DNA from: the human T2T-CHM13v2.0 reference genome, Homo sapiens
Assembly: GCF_009914755.1 (NCBI RefSeq)
Contig: NC_060936.1
DNA: 64,000 nucleotides
Strand: one strand, 5' to 3'
A program made the translations under genes and the position numbers. The notes below the pieces were generated by a model that worked only from the letters and a program-made list of their open reading frames with translations, searched no databases and was not told where the DNA came from. This document shows positions 55,040-64,000 of the stretch, piece by piece; the first letter of the stretch is position 1, and each line of letters starts with the position of its first letter.

Positions 55040-57260
55040 CTCTTTTTTAACTGAAGTATAATCTTACAGCAAAATGCATAGAATAGAAACGTAAAGCTCA
55101 AAGAAAAACCACAAAACAAATGCTGGCATGATTTCCTTGTAGGTCAAGAGCACTGCCATGCCAGAAGGGCCCCTACCTTTCCCCCTTCCAATCACTAGCC
55201 CTGTCATCCTCTGAAAGGGTAACCAACTAATTTACTTCCAAAACTATAGTTTACTTTTGCCTATTTTTGAACCTCATATACATACAATCATAGTATGTAG
55301 TCTTTTATTAATGACTTTATTTCACTCAACATTGTTAGTGAGATTTATGTTACTTACAGATATACTTCATTCATTCCCACATATTATATTCCACTTACGA
55401 TTATTGCATAACCTAGTATATTCACTCAGTACACCGTTAAGGGTTATCTGCATTATTTCCAGTTGGGACTATTACAAATAACTCTGCTACGAGCATTCAT
55501 TCTCATGCTTTGATTGTCCCACATCCTCCAACATCTCAGAAGGCTTCCTTATGCTCCTGTCTACCCTGGCAAAGGAACCACTCTTCTGGTTTTTATCACC
55601 ATAAGTATTTATTTATGAATTTATAGGCAGTTAAGGAGTCCATCTGTCTATCCATCCACCCATTCATATGAAAGAAATCATAAATTTATGCTCTTTTGTA
55701 TCTGGACTTTTTTCTCAACATTTTATCTATATGACTAAGCCATGGTTATGCATTGTCACAGTACTTCTTTTTCATTGCAATGTTGTCATTCATTGTACAA
55801 ATATACCACATTTTATACATTTTCCTGTTAATGAAAATTTAAATTCTTTCCAGTCTGGGGATATCATAAATATTTTACGAACATTCCTAAACATGTTTTT
55901 CGCAGATTAAGTACCTCATTCTCTTCAGTATATACCTATGAATGGGTCATAGTGTATACATGTTTTAGCTTTAGTAGATACTGCCAGTTTTCTAAAGCAG
56001 TTTTACCAATTACATTTCCACCAGCAATATGTGAGAGTTCTAGCTGTTCTACATTTTTGCCAGTACTTGGTATGGTCGGTCTTTTAGCTTTTGCATCCTG
56101 TTTTGGTGAAATACAGTATCTCACTGTAGTTTTAATTTACATTTTCCTGATAGCTAAAGGTATTGAGCATCTTTTTTTATGCATGTTAGTCATCTGGATA
56201 TCCCTTCTTTGTGACGTGTCCATCCTAGTCTTTTGTCCATTAAAACTTTTGAGTAACCTGATTCCTACTGATTTGTAGTTCTTTATATATTCAAGATATG
56301 AATCGTATGTCAGATATATATGTATTGCAGATTGACCTTCTCCAGCCTGTGGTGTCATTTTCTTTTGCTTAAGAGTATCCCTTAATAAAAAGATTTTAAT
56401 TTAAATAAAATCAATTACATCAATCATGTATTTTATAGTAGGAACTTTTTGCATCCTGCTTATCTTTATTATCCCAAGATCCTAAAATTTTCTCCCAAGT
56501 TTTCATCTAGAAGCTTTATTTTTTTTTTTTACCTATCACACTTAGGTGTATGGTTCATTTTTATCTATGTTGTGAGGTTAGGCTGAGTTTAATCTATTGA
56601 CTCACTACTATTTGAAGGAACATCCTTTATCGAAATGCAGTGGTACCTTTAGTGTAAACCTATTTCTGGACTCTATACTGTTCCATTTGCCTGTTTATCC
56701 TTATGCCAATACCACACTGAATTACTGTAGCTTATATTTAGTGTTGATACCTGGTAGTTTTAAGTCCTCTAGCTTTATTGTTCTTCAAGATTGCTTTGGG
56801 TATTCTAGTCCTTTGTACTTTCAGATGAATTTTAGAATCTACTTTCTAATTTCTACAAAGAAACCTGCTGAGATTTTGATTAGAACTGCATTCAACTTAT
56901 GGATAAATTTGGGAAGAACTGACACCTTAATATTGAATCTTCCAAGTCATGAACATGGTACAGTTTTCCCTTTAGGCATTTTTCCATTTTTCTTAGCAGT
57001 ATTTGTATTTCAGTGTAGAAGTCATAAACATCTTTCACTAGATTTGTTCCTAGGTATTTTAGGTATTTTTATGCTATTGTAAATGGCATTTAAATATTTT
57101 CTAATTGTGTGTGTAAAGAAAAATAACTAGTATTTGTTACTTGACTTCGTACTTAGAAATTTTAAAAATTCATATTAATTTTAATAGTTTGATAGGTTTG
57201 ACTTTTATGCATGCACAGTGACATCTGTGAATAATTTTAAATTCCTGTCTACTCTTTATG
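55040..57260 (-). mobile_element. Old L1M 3' region (ORF2 C-terminus and 3'UTR remnants)
   Basis: ORFs 55936..56124 and 56137..56358 give L1 ORF2-like peptides (KNVEQLELSHIAGGN; KKRCSIPLAIRKM). Confidence 0.75.
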
Positions 57261-57264
57261 TCCA

Positions 57265-60200
57265 TTTCTTTATTCTTAAAACTTTTTTTAGGCTCAGAGG
57301 TACATGTGCAGGTTTGTTTTATAGGTAAACTCATGTGCAGGTTTGTTTTATAGGTAAATAGATTATTTCATCACCCAGGTACTAAGCCTAGTACCCAAGT
57401 TATTTTTTCTGATCCTCTCCTTCCTCCCATGCTCCAGTCTCAAGTAGGCCCCAGTATCTGTTGCTCCCCTTTGTGTCCATGTGTTCTCATCATTTAGCTC
57501 CCACTTATGACAATGAAAACATGCAGTATTCGGTTTTCCTTTTTTGTGTTAGTTTGCTAAGGATAATGGCCTCTTGCTCCATCCATGTACCTGGCAAAGG
57601 ACATTATCTCATTCTTTTTTATGGCTATATAGTATTCCATGGTGTATATATACCGCATTTTCTTTATCCAATCTTCCATTGATGGGCATTTAGGTTGATT
57701 CCATGTCTTTGCTATTGTGAATAGTGTTGCAATGAACATATGCATGTGTCTTTATGGCAGAAAGATTTATATTCCTTTGAGTATATTTACCCAGTAATGG
57801 GATTGCTGGGTCCAATGGTAGTTGTTTCTAGCTCTTTGAGGAATTACCACACTGCTTTCCACAATGGTTGAACTAATTTACACTCCCACCAACAGTGTAT
57901 CAAAGTATTCCCTTTTCTCCACAACCTCGCCAGAATCTGCTATTTTTTTATTTTTTAATAGCCATTCTGACTGGTGTAAGATGGTATCTCATTGTGGTTT
58001 TGATTTGCATTTCTCTAATGATCAGTGACATTGAGCTTTATTTCATATGCTTGTTGGTCACATGTATGTCTTTTGAAAATGATCTGTTCATTTCCTTTGC
58101 CCACTTTTGATGGGGTTGTTTTTATCCTGTAAATTTAAGTTCTTTATAGATGCTAGATAGACCTTTGTCAGATGCAGATGCATAGCTTCTAAATATCTTC
58201 TCCCATTCTGTAGGTTATCTGTCTACTCTGTTGACAGTTTCTTTTGCTGTGCAGAAGCTCTTAAGTTTAATTAGAACCCATTTATCAACTTTTGCTTTTG
58301 TCGTGATTGCTTTTGGCATCTTCATCATGAAATCTTTGCCAGTTCCTATGTCCTGAATGGTATTGCCTAGGTTGTCCTCCAGTGTTTTTATAGTTTTGGA
58401 TTTTACATTTAAGTCTTTAATCCTTCTTGAGTTGACTTTTGCATATGGTGTAAGGAAGAGGTCTAGTTTCAATCTTCTGCATATGGCTAGCTGTTTATCC
58501 CAGCACCATTTAATGAATGGGGTGTCCTTTTTCCCACTGCTTGTTTTTGTCAGCTTTGTTGAAGATCAGATGATTGTAGCTGTGAGGCCTTAATTCTGGT
58601 TACTCTATTCTGTTCCATTGATTTATGTGTTTGTTTTTGTATCAATATCATGCTGTTTTGGTTATTGTTGCTCTATAGTATAGTTTTAAGTCAGGTAGCA
58701 TGATGACTCCACGTTTTTTGTTGTTGTTGTTTGGCATAGGATTGCTGTGGCTATTTGGACTCTTTTTTGGTTCCACATGAATTTTAAAAGTTTTTTTCTA
58801 GTTCCATGAAGAATGCCATTGGTAGTGTGATAGAAATAGCACTGAATCAATAAATTGCTTTTGACAGTATGGCCATTTTAATGATATTGATTCTTCCTAT
58901 CCATGAGCATGGAAAGTTTTGCCATTTATTTGTATCATCTCTGATTTGTCTAAGCAGTGTTTTATAATTATCATTGTAGAGATCATTCACCCACATTTAG
59001 CTGTATTCCTAGGTATTTTATTTTGTGCAATTGTGAATGGGATTGCATTCCTGATTTGGCTCTCAGCTTGGCTGTTGGTGTACAGGAATGCTAGTGATTT
59101 TTGTACATTGAGTTTGTATCTTGAAACTTTGCTAAAGTTATCAGCTGAAGGAGCTTTTTGGATTGAGACTATGGGGGTTTCCTAAACATAAAACCATGTC
59201 GACTGCAAACATGAATAGTTTCACTTCCTCTCCTCCTACTTGGATGCCCTTTATTTCTTTCTTTCTCTTGCCTAACTACTCTGGCCAGGACTTTTAATAC
59301 TATGTTGAATGGGAGTGGTGAGAGAGGGTATAATTGTCTTGTGCTGGTTTTCAAAGAGAATGCTTCCATATTTTGCCCATTCAGTATGATGTTAGCTGTG
59401 GGTTTGTCACAGATGGCTCTCACATTTTGTAGTATGTTCCTTCAATACTTAGTTTATTGAGTTTTTAATAGAAAGGGATGGTGAATTTTATCAAAAGCCT
59501 TTTCTACATCTATTGAGATAACCATGTGGTTTTTGTCTTTAGTCCTGTTTATGTGATGAATCACATTTATTGATTTGCACATGTTGAATCAACCTTGCAT
59601 CCCAAAGATAAAACCTACATAATCATGGTAGATTAGGTTTTTGATGTGCTACTGGATTCGGTTTGTAAGCATTTTGTTAAGGATTTCTGCATCAATATTC
59701 GTCAAAGATATTGGCCTAAAGTTTTCATTGTTGTGTCTCTGCCAGGTTTTGTTATCAGGACAATGCTGGCTTCACAGAATGATTTGGGAAGGATTTCCTG
59801 CTCCTCTATTTTTTGTTAACAGTTTCAGGAGAAGCAGTACCAGCTCTTCTTTGAACATTTGGTAGCATGTGGCTGTGAATCCATCTGGCCCTGGGCTTTT
59901 TTTGGTTGGCAGGTATTTACTACTGCCTCAATTTCAGAACTCATTATTGGTCTGTACAGGAAATCAACTTCTTCCTGGTTCTATCTTGGGAAGGTGTATG
60001 TGTCCAGAAATTTATCTGTCTCTTCTAGCTTTGTTAGTTTGTATGCAGAAAGGTGTTTATAGTTGTCTGTGACGGTTGTTTGTATTTCTGTGGGGTCAGT
60101 GGTAACATCCCCTCTGTCATTTCTAATTGTGTTTATTTGGATCTTCTCATTTTTCTTCATTAGGCTAACTAGTGGCCTAACAATTTTTTCAAAAACGCAA

Positions 60201-63200
60201 CTCCCGTATTAGTTAATCTTTTGAATGGCTGTTCATGTTTTGATCTCCTTCTGTTCAGCTCTAATGCTAGCTTTGGGTTGGTTTTCTCTTGGTCCTCTCA
60301 TTGTTTTAGTTGTGCTGCTAGGTTGCTGATATCTTTTTTAACTGTTTGATGTGGGCATTTGGTGCTATAAATTTCCCTCATAACATTGCCTTAGCTGTGT
60401 CCCAGAGATTCTGGTATGTTGTATCTTTTTTCTCTTAGTTTCAAATAACTTCTCGATTTCTGCCTTAATTTCATTCTTTACTCAAAAGTCATTCAGGAGC
60501 AGGTTAACTTCCATGTAAATGGTTTTGAGCAATTATATTTTTAGTCTTGATTTCAATTTTTATTGTGCTGTGTGTTTGGTATTTCAGTTCTTTTGCATTT
60601 GCTGAGGATTGTTTTATGTCTGATTGTGTGGTCAATTTCAGAGTATGTGCCATGCAGCAATGAGAAGAATGTATATTCCTGTTGTTTTTGGATGTAGAGT
60701 TCTGTAGAGGTCTATCAGATCTATCTGGTCCAATGTTAAGTTCACGTCCTGAATATCTTTGTTAACTTTCTTCCTCAAGGATTTAATACTGTCAGTGGAA
60801 TGTGGAAGTCTCCCACTGTTATTGTGTGGGAGTATAAATCTCTTTGTAGGTCTCTAAGAACTTGCTTTATGAATCCGGGTGCTCCTATGTTGGGTGCATA
60901 TATATTTAGGATAGTTACGTCTTCTTATTGAATTGAACCCTTTACCATTATGTAAACCCGTGTCTTTTTTGATTTTTGTTGGTTTAAAATGTTTTGTCTG
61001 AAACTAGGATTGCAACCCTGGCATTTTTCTGATTTCCATTTGCTTGGCAGATGTTCCTCCATCCATTTATTTTGAGCCTATGGGTGTCATTGCATATAAG
61101 ATGGGTCTCTTGAAGACAGCATATCACTGGGTCTTGCTTTTTTATCCAGCTTGCCACTCTGTGCCTTTTAAATGGGGGCACTTAGCCCATTTATATTCAA
61201 GGTCAGTATTAATATGTGTGGATTTGATCCTGTCATTGTGTTGTTAGCTGGTTATTAGGCTGGCTTGTGTGGTTGCTTTATAGTGTGGCTCATCTGTGTA
61301 CTTAAGTGTGTTTCTGTATTGGCTGGTAACCATCTTTTTTTTTTAATGCTCTCTCTCAGCAGAATCATGGTAACCATCTTTCTATATTTAGTGTTCCTGT
61401 CAAGATCTCTTGTGAGATGGGTCTCCATTTAACAAGCATTTGCTTATCTAAAACTCCCTCAGTATTTGCTTATCTAAAAAGGATCTTATTTCTCCTTTGT
61501 CGAGGAAGGTTAGTTTGGCTGGATATGAAATTCTTGGTTGAAGATTTTTTTAAGAATGTTGACTATAGGTCCCCAGTCTCTCCTGGCTTGAAGGGCTCCT
61601 GCTGAGAAGTCAGCTGTTATCCTGAGGGGGTTTCCTTTGTAGGTGACCTGCCCTTTTTCTCCAAGTGCCTTTAATATTCTTTCATTTTGACCTTGGAAAA
61701 TCTGATGATTATGTGTCTTGGGGATTATCTTCCTGTGTAGAATTTTGTTCTCTATAGTTCCTGTTGGTCTCTCTAGTGAGGCTGAGGAAGTTTTCTTGGA
61801 CAATATCCTGAAATATGTTTCCTAAGTTGTTTGCTTTCTCCCCAACCCTTTCAGGGATGCCAGTGATTTGTAGATTTGGTCTCTTTACATAATCTCATAT
61901 TTCTTGGAGGTTTTGTTCATTCTTTTCTATTCTTCTTTTTTATTTTTGTCTGACTGTCTTACTCCAAAGAGCCAGTATTCAAGTTCTGAAATTATTCAGC
62001 TTGGTCTCTCTCTTCTGCTGTTAATACTTGTGATTGCATTGTGACATTCTTGTGTTTTTCAGCTCTATCAGATCAGTTAGGTTCTTTTTTATACTGGCTA
62101 TTTCATCTGTCAGTGCCTGTATCGTTTTATTGTGATTCTTAGATTCCTTGGATTGGGTTTTGCCATTCTCCTGAATCTTGATTATCTTCATGCCTATTCA
62201 TATTCTGAATTCTATTTGTGTCACTTCAGCCAACTCAGCCTGGTTAAGAACCCTTGTTGGAGAACTAGTGGCCATTTGACACTCCGACCATCTGTGTTGC
62301 TAGAGTTCTTCCGTTGATTCCTTCTGTCTGATGGTTCCATCTCTGCGTGGGGGTGTTCCTTTAACTGCTGGGCTGCCTCTGATTGAAGTGGTCAGGCAAG
62401 CTCAGGGTAGTTGTGCTACAGTTCCAGGTTGGGTGACCCTGCCCAGGGAGGAGAAGTGAGGACTGGGACTTGCATAGAGAACAGTCTGGCCACTTTTCTG
62501 AGGTAGGTGCTTTGTGTTGGGCATCCGTACCAGCCCCTGGTCCCCACAGACTCTCCAGAACCTGGAGACAGTAAGAGTGAGGGCTACAAGACAGCAAAGA
62601 TGGCAACCCATCCCTCCCACTAGGAGCTCTGTCCCAGACAGTAACAGAGCTGCTACTGGCTGGATGGCCCTGGTGGGGATGGCTGGAGATTCAGGTTGGG
62701 AGGACGTGCTCAGTGAGGAGATATAGAATCAAGGACCCAAATAACAGTCTGGCCACTTTTCCATAGGGCTGCTACAGTATGCTGGGGGTCTGCTCCAATC
62801 CCTTTTCATCTTAAATTTTCCAGTACCTGAAGATATCAACAAGGAAGTCTGTGAAACAGCAAAGATGGAGGACTGCCTTCTCTCTGGGAACTCTGTCCCA
62901 GGGAGGCACGGACCTGTTGCTGGCAGAACACACTAACAGGAGGTGGCTAGAGACCTCGGTTGGGAGATCCTACCTAGTGAGGAGTAACAGGATCAGGGAC
63001 CCACATACAAAAGCCGTCTAGCTTTTTCCATAGGGTAGCCATGCTTTGCTAGGGGTCCACTCCAGCCGCTAATCACCTCAGACTCTCTAAAGCCTGAAGA
63101 CAACAGCTAAGGCTGCTAAACAGCAGAAGTGGTGGTCCACCCCTCTCTTTGGGAGCTCTGTTCCAGGGAGGTTTGAAACTGTTGCTAGCCAAAAAACACT

Positions 63201-64000
63201 GGTGCAGGTGGCTGGAAACCCTGGTCAAAAGGTCCTGTCCACTGAGGAGGAATGGGATTAGGGATTCAAGTAAAAAAGCAGTCTGGCCACTTTTTCATAG
63301 AGCAGTTGTGCTGTGAGGGGGTACCTCGAGAACAGTTGCTTCAGACTCTCCAAATCCCAAAGGCAAAGAGATAAGGCTGCAAAACAGCAAAGCTGGCACC
63401 CTGCCCCTCTCTCTGGGAGAGCCATTCCAGGGAGGTTTGAAACTGCTGCTGGCCAGAAAACACTGGTTGGGGTATGGTTGTAGACCTCAGTCGGGAGATC
63501 CCACCCAGTGAGGAGAAATGAGATCCAGGAGCCACATGAGGAAGCAGCCTGACCACTTCTCCTTAGAGCTGCTGCTCTGTACCAGGGGATCACTCCAGTC
63601 CCTAACCAACTCAGACTCCCTAGAGCCCAAAGGCAACAATGGCTAAGAATGTGAAACATCAAAGATGACAGCCCCATCCCTCCCCCTGGGAACTCTGTCC
63701 CAGGGTGGCTTGGAACCACTGCCAGCTGGAAAACACCAACAAGGGTGACTAGTGACCCTGGTCGGGAGGTCCCCCACCCATTGAAAAGCAGGGTCTGGGA
63801 CCTGCATAAAAAAGCAGTCTGGATGCTTTTCCATAGGGTGGCTGCAATGAAGGCAATAGCTAAGGCTACAAAACAGCAAAGATGGCAGCCCACCCCTCCC
63901 TCTGGGAGCTCCATCTCAGAGAGGTGTAACACTGCTACCAGTGGCTGGCTAGAGTTCCAAGCCAGTGGGTCTTATCCTGCAAGGTGCCATGGTAGTGGGG
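57265..64000 (-). mobile_element. Near full-length old primate L1 (L1PA13-16-like), decayed ORF1/ORF2, running off the window; same orientation as CEP83
   Basis: ORF2 C-terminus (MFIATLFTIAKTWNQPKCPS), RT ([22 protein letters not shown]), endonuclease (ICCLQETHL) and ORF1 (VTYKGNPLRITADFS) remnants in correct order, with many frameshifts. Confidence 0.93.
62440..64000 (-). repeat. Diverged ~265-bp tandem monomer array in the L1 5'UTR (at least 6 units)
   Basis: Recurrent cagtctggccactttt and cagcaaagatggc-like anchors at 62596, 62861, 63125, 63389, 63661 and 63878. Confidence 0.85.

Noticed and set aside
63258-63932. 224-aa minus-strand ORF with internal repeats
   Set aside because: Lies in the L1 5'UTR monomer array; periodicity reflects the DNA repeat
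62440-64000. Possible CRISPR-like repeat-spacer array
   Set aside because: Whole ~265-bp units are homologous and diverged with no unique spacers; eukaryotic L1 context and no cas genes

Overview
Primate (by every appearance human) genomic DNA, not prokaryotic. The + strand carries the last 14 coding exons of PLXNC1 (plexin C1 cytoplasmic split Ras-GAP/RBD region, ending ...KKKCKWM*; 483-46110) and a ~2.4-kb 3'UTR ending at AATAAA 48477. Facing it tail-to-tail on the - strand are the last three exons of CEP83/CCDC41 (coiled-coil, ending ...EELGSSGE*). All 17 exons have AG acceptors, all internal ones have GT donors, and phases join into open frames. The introns are a typical mosaic of Alu/FLAM/FAM, MIR, L2, MaLR and ERV LTRs, DNA-transposon fossils and a near full-length old L1PA at the right edge. 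Almost all entries in the six-frame ORF track are spurious or repeat-derived. I found no evidence for a new multi-gene biological system. The most unusual items are: (1) a three-segment, microhomology-joined templated insertion at 13.6-13.9 kb copied from nearby DNA in alternating orientations; (2) a fold-back insertion in an LTR8 forming a 27-bp-stem hairpin; (3) a probable internal promoter with immune-type motifs at ~3.7 kb predicted to give a 307-aa soluble plexin C1 fragment; (4) a duplicated FAM-plus-flank bracketing a CEP83 exon; (5) a predicted NMD-escaping 80-nt intron retention; (6) a polyadenylated LTR fragment and a 23-nt micro-retroinsertion; (7) a ~265-bp monomer array in the L1 5'UTR. 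Gene and repeat-family names come from recognition, not database searches, and repeat boundaries are approximate.
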